Shown here: positions 55,007-64,000 of the stretch, piece by piece | Numbering within the stretch: position 1 is the first letter of the stretch | Layout: each line of letters opens with the position of its first letter | IMG/VR virus record: IMGVR_UViG_3300023184_009074 | Span: 19,445-83,444 of that record | Source of the DNA: a virus | Direction: 5' to 3' (one strand) | DNA length: 64,000 bases | Notes under the pieces: model-generated | The model's input: the letters and a program-made list of their open reading frames with translations, nothing else | Databases searched by the model: none | Told to the model about the DNA's origin: nothing | Made by a program: the position numbers and the translations under genes

Positions 55007-55459
55007 TTAGCAAATTCCATTAAATTTATTTATTGAATCTAGCATGAAAAGAACAGCATGTCTTTTCTTTGCTTTGCTTTCTTTCAACATATTAATTCCA
55101 ATTTTTCTTTTTTTTATTCCAACTTTTTTGTTTTTAATAGTTTTATTGAATTTATTTTTTTGTTTTATTGCATTTACTAATGTACTTAAAAAATAAAATT
55201 TATTTTTGTTGAGGAAATCTTTAAGTCCACCATAATGTTGACTAAAGCATGCTTGTTCTGTCATGCTTTGCTGTGTGCCTTTTTGATCCCCTCCATTATT
55301 ATAATTTACATATTCATTATTCATTATACAGTCAAAAGAATTACAATTTGCTTGAGCAATTACATATTTTTTAAATTTATTTTTTAATTCACTAAGTGAT
55401 ATACCACAATGAATTATTTGGTCGCAAGGCACTTTGATTTCATTACAGCCACAGCCCAT
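55007..55459 (-). CDS. Cys-rich basic protein starting MGCGCN
   Basis: 150 aa, AGGAG SD, downstream of the neck gene. Confidence 0.7.
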   Translation of the reverse strand: MGCGCNEIKVPCDQIIHCGISLSELKNKFKKYVIAQANCNSFDCIMNNEYVNYNNGGDQKGTQQSMTEQACFSQHYGGLKDFLNKNKFYFLSTLVNAIKQKNKFNKTIKNKKVGIKKRKIGINMLKESKAKKRHAVLFMLDSINKFNGIC

Positions 55460-55479
55460 ATTAATCTCCTAATTAAAAA

Positions 55480-56361
55480 TTAACCCCAAGTTGGGCCTAG
55501 TACATCTCCAAATCTAGTTAAAAGTCTTTCTTCCCAATCTTTCTTTTCTTGTAATCCTTCTGCAAGAATGGTATCTCCATCTAATTGAACACCACCATTT
55601 GGACCAGGAGGATTTTTTATTTTTGATCTAATTCTTCCAAGCATAATTTTAGCAAAGGCTATGGCTCCTTCTTGCATTGCTTGTGTTACACGATTCCAAT
55701 CTTTGTTTTTTTGAATGTAATGAACTATTACACTGTGACTTCTCATTGGAATTGGATAAATCTTAATTTGATCATAGCTTCCATGCCATTCCCAACCGCC
55801 TGTATTACTTGCAACATTTGAATACATTTGTTCGTATTGTTTGTAAAGAACCCATTCTCCCATGTTACCCCAAATAGGCTGCATTGGATCTATCATGCCA
55901 CCTTGAATAGAGTTATAGGCACCACCAGGATAAAAGTATTCAATTGGAATTGCTCCACCTAAATCTGAAGCAGAAAAGTTAAAGGTTGGCACATCTTTGT
56001 AACTTATATTTCTAATGTATCCTACTTCTGGAGGCATTTTATAAATAGATTTACCAGGACTTGTTAAGAATACATAAAGTTGAAAATATTCACGAGGAGC
56101 ATAATCTTCTAAAACTTGTAATGATAAATCTACACAGGCATCAAGTTGTTGCTGATCTAATTCGATACTAATGACAGGAGCACCTAACATTAAAAGAACA
56201 TAATCTTTTATTTGTGCAATAACTTTGCTGCGATTTTTTCTTGATCCTAGTTGAGATACATCTAAAGGATCTGAAACTCCAAGATTAGAACTTGAAGAAT
56301 CATTACATTTAACAGAATTATTATTTTGTCTGTTAAAATACATAATATTATTGGTATTCAT
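55480..56361 (-). CDS. neck/head-completion protein (T4 gp13-like)
   Basis: IKDYVLLMLGAPVISIELDQQQLD, AKIMLGRIRSK, GGVQLDG..I..EG..E. Confidence 0.8.
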   Translation of the reverse strand: MNTNNIMYFNRQNNNSVKCNDSSSSNLGVSDPLDVSQLGSRKNRSKVIAQIKDYVLLMLGAPVISIELDQQQLDACVDLSLQVLEDYAPREYFQLYVFLTSPGKSIYKMPPEVGYIRNISYKDVPTFNFSASDLGGAIPIEYFYPGGAYNSIQGGMIDPMQPIWGNMGEWVLYKQYEQMYSNVASNTGGWEWHGSYDQIKIYPIPMRSHSVIVHYIQKNKDWNRVTQAMQEGAIAFAKIMLGRIRSKIKNPPGPNGGVQLDGDTILAEGLQEKKDWEERLLTRFGDVLGPTWG

Positions 56362-56405
56362 AATAATATATATTACATAAGTAAATTTATTAATAAGGTT
56401 AAATT

Positions 56406-59400
56406 ATGCTAAAGAAATTTTATATTGAAGATTATTTGTCTAATAAAATAAAACAAGAAGATTTTGTTCTGAATGAAGCTGTTCAAGGTGATATTACTAA
56501 ACATACATTGTTGCAATTATTTTCTATAGATAATATTAAATATTTAAATCAATTTTTGCCAAAAGATCACAAATCTGCTGAAAAAAAAAGAATGCAAATT
56601 CTTTATGATGCTATGCAAGATAGAGATAGTTTTTTAAAAAAAGATTTTGAAGAAAATTTTAAAGAGCAAAAAGAAAAATTAAAAGTATTGTTTGAAAGAA
56701 AAAAAGAAGTTAAAATTTATTTCACTAAAGATTTCGAAGAAACAATTATTAATCATTGTTCTAGAAAACAAGCATGGGAAAAAACACTAGAAGAAGGACA
56801 AAAAGAATGGTGGGACTCTCCTGCCACTGATGGTGGTAAAAAATATCAAGCAAGTGATTTTGTAGTAGATATAAAAGATAGAAAAGCTACTAGAAGATAT
56901 AAAGTAAATCTTCATTTGAAAGAAATGGTTCAAAGAATAGAAGGAACTTCAGGTAGTGACATGGGATCTGACTTAAGTTTTCCTAGAGAAGATCCATTTT
57001 CATGGTCACACAAAAAGAATGAATTTTTAAATAAAAAAAGATTTAACGGCATGCTTATGCCAGATGACAATACTATCGAAGAAAACTACGACAAATGGCT
57101 TGCTGCTTCAGCTTCTGGATTACTTTCTTCTAAATCATTAAAGCATGGAGATGAGATTGATATAGCAGGAGAAGAAAAAGAAGAAATACCTGGTTTGGAA
57201 AGTAAAAATAAAATTTCTTTTGAAAAGCATAGTTCTTTAAAAAACAAAAACATGCTTGATGTAGAAAGAGTTTTAATTCGCAAGGAAATTAGAGCAATTT
57301 TTGAAAATCATAATTTATCAAAATCTATAATTGATTCTTACGGTAAACCCAAGAAAGCATCAAAAGAACCAAGTAGAAATACTGGAGAACTTTCTTCAGT
57401 ATATCCAAAAGAACCAGATAGATATAAAGATAATTTAGTTATATTTATTGAAAAATTATTAAATTTAGGAAATGATATTCATGTTGGATCTTCAGGATCT
57501 AAAAGACTTTTGACTTTTCTAAATAAAATTTCTTATGATCCAAAAAACCCCGAGCAATTTTTCAAAGATGTACTTACTTTTCCATCTGACGAAGAACAGC
57601 TTTTAACTTCGCTTGAAAGGGCTTCTACGGAAGAAGGAGAGAAATCTAAAAGCCTTTCTTTTTACGAGGACTTAAAGAATGCAGTTGATAAACATGGTGC
57701 AATTGAAATATTCGATAAAGAATCTTATAAAAAAAGTTTTATAAATTTGATTACTATGAGACAGTTTATAAAATGGATTAAAGATGGAAATTATAAAGTT
57801 AAAAATCCAATAACTGGGATGGATGAATTAGCCGAAATAAAAGGCAATGAAATTATAATCCCAGATTTACATGTACCTTCGTTTAAAAAAACCATTGTGT
57901 ATTATAATCCATATGAAGCTGTATATGATCCACGAACAAAAGGAAAAGTAAAAAAAGAAAAAGAAATTAAGGAATCTGTTCAAATGCCAGTTTTATTACC
58001 AGGTTCAGTACTTGTTGAAAAAGGAAGATATGAAGAAGATGATACATCTTCTTCTTTTGGTGATATTCCAAAAACAAAAACTGGAGAAGAAATATGGAAT
58101 CCACATGAGGGAAAATATGAACAAAGATATTATGATTTAAAAAAACAATATGAAGACAAAAAAGCAGCTGGATTGTTAAATATTAATGATTTAATTGGTA
58201 TTCAAGGAACAGAAGATAAAATAATTGGTGGTTTAAGTCCAAATCGTATGATTGAATCATTTAAATTTTTATGTCCTGATCCTGAAGGTAAAGATAATAC
58301 ATTTTGGAATAGAATTAATTCTATTATAGCATTCAATGGGTCGCTTGCATTGTGTCATTTTAAATCAGCATCTAGTACAAGTGAAATTCCAACTGTTGAA
58401 TTCAAAGAATTATCCCCATCTGTAAGTGGTTATAAATCCATCGTTGAGACTCCAAGTGAGTTTATTGTTATCAAGAGAATAGCAGAGGTTATAGCAAATA
58501 AACTGCACATGAGTAAATATAGAGATAGTCATGATATTACTCCAGAAAGATTGAGTGCAATGCAACATTTTCCAGAATTATATCATGTAATATTTGCAAA
58601 AATATTTTCTAATCTTGGCGATAAATCTATGTTAGAACCTGAATTATTAGATAAATTTATTGGCGAAAAGGTTGCAAATTATATTGATAAGGATATTGCT
58701 TCTAGAAGTGGAAGATCAAGTAGAATTGGAACTGTTGCTAGTGAAATAGGAAAAGAAGAAGAAAAATCTTCTGAGATTTCACTTCCTAGTGGATTAGAAA
58801 AAGTGGTTTCTAAAGAAATTGCCAGTCGTGATATTCAATCATATATATTTGCTTTACACAGAAACTATTTAACATTATGTAAGACTGGAAAAAGTGCTTG
58901 TGGTATTTGCACTGATCCTTTAGACACAAGATGTGGAATTGTAATGGATGAACATCTTATTAGAGAAAAATTAGAACAATCAATTAAAATTGCTGATCAA
59001 GTTGATAAAAATAGAAACATAGATTTAGGTAACGCACCTGTCGCTTCTAAACCACCAGAACCAGCACCAGTGCCAGCAGCAGCAGCAGCACCAGCAGCAG
59101 CAGCAGCAGCACCAGCAGCAGCAGCACCAGCACCAGCAGCACCAGCATCTAAAAAGCCAACTCAAAAAAGTCTTTTCGATGATCCAAGCCAACCTGAAGA
59201 AAAAATTAAAATAAAAGATCCAGATCATAATAAAATGGAGTTTGTAGTTAAATCTAAAATGAAAATTATTGAATATATCGAGCCTGTAATTAATATTAAA
59301 TTTGCAAATAATGAACTTGATAACCAACAAGAAGAAGAAGAAAAAAGAAAAGAAATTTTTAATAATTTTATGAGTAAAAAAAGAGAGGCACTTGCAAGCA

Positions 59401-59672
59401 CAAGTTTGTCTAATGATGAAAAAAATATTATTGTAAAAGAAATGGAAAAAGGAAGAGATGATCAATATATTACATTATCTAAAGAATACAAAACAATAAC
59501 AGATCAGCTAGAAGTTAAAAAAAGAGAAATAATCATTAGTTTGACTAATTATTTTAGGCATGTAGATGAAACTCAATCTTTAAAATTAAGTTTATTAGAT
59601 GCCTTAGAAATATATGGAATACATATTGAAGACCACATCCCAGCAGATATTTTAAGGAAGTACGGTTTATAA
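56406..59672 (+). CDS. large hypothetical protein, candidate head-packaged protein
   Basis: 1088 aa, charged, Cys cluster CKTGKSACGICTDPLDTRC, Ala/Pro linker; weak CTS-like start ending ...VLNE. Confidence 0.75.
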   Translation: MLKKFYIEDYLSNKIKQEDFVLNEAVQGDITKHTLLQLFSIDNIKYLNQFLPKDHKSAEKKRMQILYDAMQDRDSFLKKDFEENFKEQKEKLKVLFERKKEVKIYFTKDFEETIINHCSRKQAWEKTLEEGQKEWWDSPATDGGKKYQASDFVVDIKDRKATRRYKVNLHLKEMVQRIEGTSGSDMGSDLSFPREDPFSWSHKKNEFLNKKRFNGMLMPDDNTIEENYDKWLAASASGLLSSKSLKHGDEIDIAGEEKEEIPGLESKNKISFEKHSSLKNKNMLDVERVLIRKEIRAIFENHNLSKSIIDSYGKPKKASKEPSRNTGELSSVYPKEPDRYKDNLVIFIEKLLNLGNDIHVGSSGSKRLLTFLNKISYDPKNPEQFFKDVLTFPSDEEQLLTSLERASTEEGEKSKSLSFYEDLKNAVDKHGAIEIFDKESYKKSFINLITMRQFIKWIKDGNYKVKNPITGMDELAEIKGNEIIIPDLHVPSFKKTIVYYNPYEAVYDPRTKGKVKKEKEIKESVQMPVLLPGSVLVEKGRYEEDDTSSSFGDIPKTKTGEEIWNPHEGKYEQRYYDLKKQYEDKKAAGLLNINDLIGIQGTEDKIIGGLSPNRMIESFKFLCPDPEGKDNTFWNRINSIIAFNGSLALCHFKSASSTSEIPTVEFKELSPSVSGYKSIVETPSEFIVIKRIAEVIANKLHMSKYRDSHDITPERLSAMQHFPELYHVIFAKIFSNLGDKSMLEPELLDKFIGEKVANYIDKDIASRSGRSSRIGTVASEIGKEEEKSSEISLPSGLEKVVSKEIASRDIQSYIFALHRNYLTLCKTGKSACGICTDPLDTRCGIVMDEHLIREKLEQSIKIADQVDKNRNIDLGNAPVASKPPEPAPVPAAAAAPAAAAAAPAAAAPAPAAPASKKPTQKSLFDDPSQPEEKIKIKDPDHNKMEFVVKSKMKIIEYIEPVINIKFANNELDNQQEEEEKRKEIFNNFMSKKREALASTSLSNDEKNIIVKEMEKGRDDQYITLSKEYKTITDQLEVKKREIIISLTNYFRHVDETQSLKLSLLDALEIYGIHIEDHIPADILRKYGL
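59062..59148 (+). repeat. gca/cca low-complexity repeat (PAAAAA linker)
   Basis: ccagcagcagcagcagca units. Confidence 0.85.
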
Positions 59673-59953
59673 TGAAAAACCCAGTAAATAATTTTGAATC
59701 TTCTTATGGTCTTAGACAAAAAATATTAAATGATTTTTTGAAAAATATTATTGGAGAAAAATCAGTAGAACACAAAGAAATAATCTCTAGACTTTCTTCT
59801 TTTTTAATAGTAGAAAGAGATGTAGAATGTTTTGCGAAGCTTTGCAATGATATTTTTGTAAATGGTTATACAAAAGCAACTATGCAATACAAAGAAAAAG
59901 TTGAAGAGAAGGGATATAAATTTACAATTGTAAATCTTCAAAGCTCGGAGTAA
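59672..59953 (+). CDS. hypothetical protein
   Basis: 93 aa, TAATG coupling. Confidence 0.65.
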   Translation: MKNPVNNFESSYGLRQKILNDFLKNIIGEKSVEHKEIISRLSSFLIVERDVECFAKLCNDIFVNGYTKATMQYKEKVEEKGYKFTIVNLQSSE

Positions 59954-60524
59954 TAGAACTTAATACACAAGATAATATTTTTCCATCAAACTTACTTGAT
60001 ATGTTGTTTACTTTCCACCATCTTTTATCAAAATTTTGAGGATAAAGTATTGATTCTTTTTCAATTACTACTGCATTTGTCCAAATATCCATGCCGACAT
60101 CAGTGATATTAAGTATTACAGCTTCAAACTTAAACTTCTTCTCATAAGTAATTATTTTCTTAACTTCTCCATACAAAATGTCTTCATGAATTTTTATTTT
60201 AGCGGGTAAACAATAAATTAAAGTTTTTTTAACAGATGATTCTTCTTCGGCTTCTTCCTTGGCTTCTTCTTTGACTTCTTTGACTTCTTTGAATTCTTTG
60301 ACTTCTTTTTCTTCTATCTCTACTTCTTCTATCTCTACTTCTTCTACCTTTATTTCTTCTACTTCTATTTCTTTTATTTCTACTTTATTTTTTTTAATTA
60401 ATCCTTTTATGTTTTCAAAATTCATATTATGAAGTTCGAAACTATCCCAAAGCAATTGATTTTTCATATGCGGGTTCGGCTTACTTAATTTATATTCAGA
60501 TCCATCTTTGTTTTTTATTACCAT
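59922..60524 (-). CDS. hypothetical protein with E/K/V-rich repeat linker
   Basis: 200 aa; TTTAAATA-attt-ATG upstream. Confidence 0.7.
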   Translation of the reverse strand: MVIKNKDGSEYKLSKPNPHMKNQLLWDSFELHNMNFENIKGLIKKNKVEIKEIEVEEIKVEEVEIEEVEIEEKEVKEFKEVKEVKEEAKEEAEEESSVKKTLIYCLPAKIKIHEDILYGEVKKIITYEKKFKFEAVILNITDVGMDIWTNAVVIEKESILYPQNFDKRWWKVNNISSKFDGKILSCVLSSITPSFEDLQL

Positions 60525-60598
60525 AAATTATTTAAATGTTTTGTGAAAATAGAACTATATATATTAAAGTATTGTTTATTAAAAAAGAAAGTTATTTT

Positions 60599-60997
60599 AT
60601 GGCTTTAATAGTACCAGATGTTGGAAAAGTTGAGCTTTTAAAGTATATGCTTAAAGTTTCAGCTTCACAAAATCAAATTTTACATTTATATTCAAATGAT
60701 CCTACTATTTCTGATTTAACAGTATTAGCAGATCTTAATGAAGTGTCTGGATCTGGCTACAATCCAATTAATATTAATGGAACTAGCTGGACTGTAAATC
60801 AAACAAATACATCTGCTAGTTATTCAGATCAAACATTTTCTTTTACTGGTGCGGTTGTTGCATACGGATATTTTTTAACAAATACAGATGGTGATTTACT
60901 CTGGTGCGAGAGATTTACTAACGCACCATTTTCCATACCTGTTTCAGGAGGTCAAATAGCAATTGCTTTAAATATTAGTTTAAGTGATTGTCTATAA
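60599..60997 (+). CDS. probable tail-associated virion protein
   Basis: MALIVPDVG, LHLYSND, E.SGSGY, YGYFL, LLWCERF; likely start 60599. Confidence 0.65.
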   Translation: MALIVPDVGKVELLKYMLKVSASQNQILHLYSNDPTISDLTVLADLNEVSGSGYNPININGTSWTVNQTNTSASYSDQTFSFTGAVVAYGYFLTNTDGDLLWCERFTNAPFSIPVSGGQIAIALNISLSDCL

Positions 60998-61005
60998 GGA
61001 GAAAT

Positions 61006-63438
61006 ATGTTTATATTAGAATTTAAACAATGGATAGAAGAAGAGTTATTAATTGAAGCACTTTTATCTAAAGATCAATCAAAGCTTTTTTCGATTATATT
61101 AAATCACATAAAACTTAATCCATTAGTAAACATTGTTGGAGTTGGTAAGAAAAATGTAAATCAATTAGTAAGTTCTATAACAGGTTCACTATTAGACAAA
61201 TTTTCTAAAACCAGTATTAATGATGATGTTTTTTTGAAAGCTTTTTTAGCTGTAGTATTAAGAAGAGCATTTCAATCAAAGGATTTCAGTTCTATAATAG
61301 ATGATAATTTTTTCACTTTATCTAAACAAGATAAAGAATTACAGATAGATGCAGCTATAGGATACATTTCAATGTTCTTAGAAGATTTAGATGAAAAATC
61401 ATATATTTTTGGCGAAATATTACATAATAATAATGGAGATTTATCAAAATCAATAAATGATTTTTTAACAAATCCTAGAGGAATACATAGCCATTTGGGA
61501 TTGGAAAAAAAGCCATTGTTTAAAAAAGCATTAGAAAAACCATCGCAAGAAAAACTTATCATGAGAAGTTTAGATCAAGATTCTAATACTGATTCTAAGC
61601 AGTATATACCTACAGAAGATGAATTGCTTTCAAAAAGAGATGCTTCTGATAAGCCAAAAAAAGAATTTGATGATATTTCTAGAATAGAACAACAAGAATT
61701 TCAAAAGAAACTACTTAGTGTTACTCCTGCTAAGGCTAAAGAAAATTTAAATATTAATCTAAAAAGATCTTTGGATGAAAATAAAGATGCTATTATTAAT
61801 CCTGATAATTTAGACTTTTTTGCCAAAAATCCAAAAAGTAAAAAGCCAGAAATTAACGATACTAATAATTATTTAAAAATAAAAGCCTTATATGATATTA
61901 GTACAAAATTTGAAAAAGGCATTTCTGAATTAGAAGGCCATTCTGGGATACCTTCTTATGAAGGAAGATCATATTCTACATTACCAACTAGAAAAGATGT
62001 TCTTGATTCTGATTCTTATTTTTCAAAATTAAAAGATGATCAATGGATAAACTTAATTAGCAAATACATATTATCGCATTATAATGCAGGTAAAGATCCA
62101 AAAATTGCAATAAGCTTTTTTACTAATTTATATGGTGCTCCAAGTGACATGTGGAAAAAAGTTATAGATACAGCAGTTGAAAAATCTGTGAATGTAAAAA
62201 AAGATTTATTAGAAAAAGATTTTCCTCTTACTCAAGATGATTTTGAATTTGAAGATGAAAAAGCTAAAAAAGATAAAGAAAGATTTAAAAGAACTTGGAT
62301 GAATATGTCTGGGCGTTTAGCTGTAAGTGCAAAATCTGACTTACATGAGTTCTTACCAGATTCTATAAATCCTTATGATGATAATGGAAATCCAAAAGAA
62401 GAAGGAAAGTTTGATAAAGATGGATACGACAGAGTAAGTAAAATATTAGATGATTTTTATTATAATAAATTTTATGGAAATACTTCTGTTAAATCTGGCA
62501 GTAAAATTGATGACAAAGAAAAAGAAGTAGCAAACAAAAGTCAAAATTTCCAAACACTAGTAAAATTATATAGAATTTTATTGGGGTTATCTGCAATTGA
62601 AGTAGCACAAGTAGATGCAAAAACAATACCAATATGTAAACAACTGCAAATATGGTTGGATTTTTCATTTAGAGATCCAGGTTCTAATGTTTCTGTTGAA
62701 GAATTAAATAAAATTAAAGACATTAAGAAGATTAAAGAATTATTAGATAGCAGTGAGAATATAATTAAAAATATATTCAAAAAACCTTTGAATGCTATTT
62801 GTAATAATGATAAATTTGATGACTTTGAAATTGAAGATGATGATTGGAAATCAAGCCATGAAGAATATTTAGCTGCATTAAACATTAAAGATTTACCAGC
62901 AGGGTATTCTATAGGAAGTCGATTTGGATTTAAAGATTTTTTGAAATTAAAAAATTCAAAAAATAAAGAAGATATTGAAAAATATAAATATTTGATTAGC
63001 AAGGGAAAAGAATCTTTAAAAAATGAGCCATCCTTGGCTAAGAAGGCAGAAGAAAAAGAATATCTAGATATTGCTGAAAAAATTGTTGCTCTTAGGCAAG
63101 GAGTTGGCGATCCATATGCTATCGCAGAAAAGCTTAAAACAGGTTTATCTGTAGGATCTCCTTTATGGCACGATTTACAAATTGTTAAGAGTAAATTCAC
63201 GCCTCCTGATGTGTATACGCCTAGATCTAAAGAAGAAGAAGAGTTTGGCATTACTAGATCTTCTGAAATTCCACAACTACCAGCATGGAAACCAAAAACC
63301 CCTGAAGTTTCTTCGCCTGATCCAAAAGAAAAAGAACAGATGATAGCAGCAGCTAAGCAAAGAGCACAAGCAGCAGCGGACCAAAGAAGAGCTTATTACG
63401 CAAGTAATTTGAATAAAGACACAGGGAGGGTAAAATGA
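61006..63438 (+). CDS. large hypothetical protein, CTS-like N-terminus
   Basis: AAGGAG SD then MFILEFKQWIEEELLIE; about 810 aa. Confidence 0.78.
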   Translation: MFILEFKQWIEEELLIEALLSKDQSKLFSIILNHIKLNPLVNIVGVGKKNVNQLVSSITGSLLDKFSKTSINDDVFLKAFLAVVLRRAFQSKDFSSIIDDNFFTLSKQDKELQIDAAIGYISMFLEDLDEKSYIFGEILHNNNGDLSKSINDFLTNPRGIHSHLGLEKKPLFKKALEKPSQEKLIMRSLDQDSNTDSKQYIPTEDELLSKRDASDKPKKEFDDISRIEQQEFQKKLLSVTPAKAKENLNINLKRSLDENKDAIINPDNLDFFAKNPKSKKPEINDTNNYLKIKALYDISTKFEKGISELEGHSGIPSYEGRSYSTLPTRKDVLDSDSYFSKLKDDQWINLISKYILSHYNAGKDPKIAISFFTNLYGAPSDMWKKVIDTAVEKSVNVKKDLLEKDFPLTQDDFEFEDEKAKKDKERFKRTWMNMSGRLAVSAKSDLHEFLPDSINPYDDNGNPKEEGKFDKDGYDRVSKILDDFYYNKFYGNTSVKSGSKIDDKEKEVANKSQNFQTLVKLYRILLGLSAIEVAQVDAKTIPICKQLQIWLDFSFRDPGSNVSVEELNKIKDIKKIKELLDSSENIIKNIFKKPLNAICNNDKFDDFEIEDDDWKSSHEEYLAALNIKDLPAGYSIGSRFGFKDFLKLKNSKNKEDIEKYKYLISKGKESLKNEPSLAKKAEEKEYLDIAEKIVALRQGVGDPYAIAEKLKTGLSVGSPLWHDLQIVKSKFTPPDVYTPRSKEEEEFGITRSSEIPQLPAWKPKTPEVSSPDPKEKEQMIAAAKQRAQAAADQRRAYYASNLNKDTGRVK

Positions 63439-63968
63439 TATTAAATCAAAATGGATTACCTTATAGTGTCAATGGAGAATATAAGCTTTTTAATGATAAG
63501 CTACCAGAAAGAAATTTGTTTAACGAATGGGATGCAGAATCTATAAGAATTGGCGGATCTCCAATTCAATATTATGAAGTATTTATTGATACAAATAACA
63601 TTGATCCTCTTTACTTAGAATCAAGAGGAAAGTTATTTAGTCAGACTCCAATAGATCTTTATTGTTTTTACGAGCCTATACCAAGTCAAAATTTTCAAAC
63701 TTCTTTTGGACTAGATAGTCCTGATGAAATGATATTTGAATTTAATTATTCAGATGTTTTAACAAGACTTGGATATGCTCCAAAAATTGGTTCTAGATTT
63801 CACACGCCTTTTCTTAACGAAAATTGGGTTATTGTTGAGAGAAAATTAGGTGAGTTTAAAATGTATCAGTCTACTAGATTACAATGTATATGTAGTAGAT
63901 TCCAAGAAAGTCTTACTGATGGTTCTAATGGAACAAAACAAGAAAATGTTGATTTTAAAATTACATAA
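63435..63968 (+). CDS. neck/head-closure protein (T4 gp14-like)
   Basis: ESIRIGG.PI.YY, IDPLYLE, FGLDSPDE..F, PKIG; GGGAGG SD. Confidence 0.7.
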   Translation: MILNQNGLPYSVNGEYKLFNDKLPERNLFNEWDAESIRIGGSPIQYYEVFIDTNNIDPLYLESRGKLFSQTPIDLYCFYEPIPSQNFQTSFGLDSPDEMIFEFNYSDVLTRLGYAPKIGSRFHTPFLNENWVIVERKLGEFKMYQSTRLQCICSRFQESLTDGSNGTKQENVDFKIT

Positions 63969-63977
63969 GGAGAAAAT

Positions 63978-64000
63978 ATGAAAAGTTTTTATGATTTCTA
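63978..64000 (+). CDS. start of next CDS (MKSFYDF...), CTS-like
   Basis: AAGGAG SD, ATG at 63978, runs off window. Confidence 0.6.

Noticed and set aside
57086-63251. Minus-strand ORFs, including the poly-Cys 59025..59465 and 62541..63251
   Set aside because: Antisense to long genes; the poly-Cys is the reverse complement of the gca repeat.
1-64000. Stop-codon reassignment (alternative genetic code), as seen in some large phages
   Set aside because: Conserved genes are full length in code 11, and TAA, TAG and TGA all end genes at expected positions. The single in-frame TAA at 16375 is local.

Overview
AT-rich window of a large T4-like (myovirus-type) bacteriophage genome, read in the standard genetic code. 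No rRNA, tRNA, CRISPR array or integrase was seen. Replication and recombination genes: UvsW-like helicase with a class 3-type intein, gp47/gp46-like Mre11/Rad50 pair, Holliday-junction resolvase-like nuclease, Prim-Pol domain. Nucleotide metabolism: class II ribonucleotide reductase, CTP synthase, NUDIX. Two sigma factors: ECF-type and gp55-like. A glycan-modification cluster (IspD/TarI, RgpF, GT25 fused to a kinase-like domain, LicD) plus scattered glycosyltransferases. Tail and neck genes: gp26-like, two gp19 tubes, gp18 sheath, gp15-, gp13- and gp14-like. Main observations: (1) about 16 otherwise unrelated ORFs start with a motif resembling the T4 capsid-targeting sequence (CTS), suggesting a large set of head-packaged cargo proteins. 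(2) A coupled minus-strand cassette at 13611-16425 uses that motif as a module junction. It has an exact 20-nt direct repeat, an in-frame stop after the first copy, an ADP-ribosyltransferase-like domain and a NIF/HAD phosphatase. (3) A likely programmed -1 frameshift at the end of the gp26-like gene. (4) A recurrent late-promoter-like motif 3-7 nt before ATGs, suggesting leaderless late mRNAs. (5) A phage McsA-like protein and an unannotated secreted CxxCH microprotein. All family calls come from motif recognition by eye; no database searches were run.
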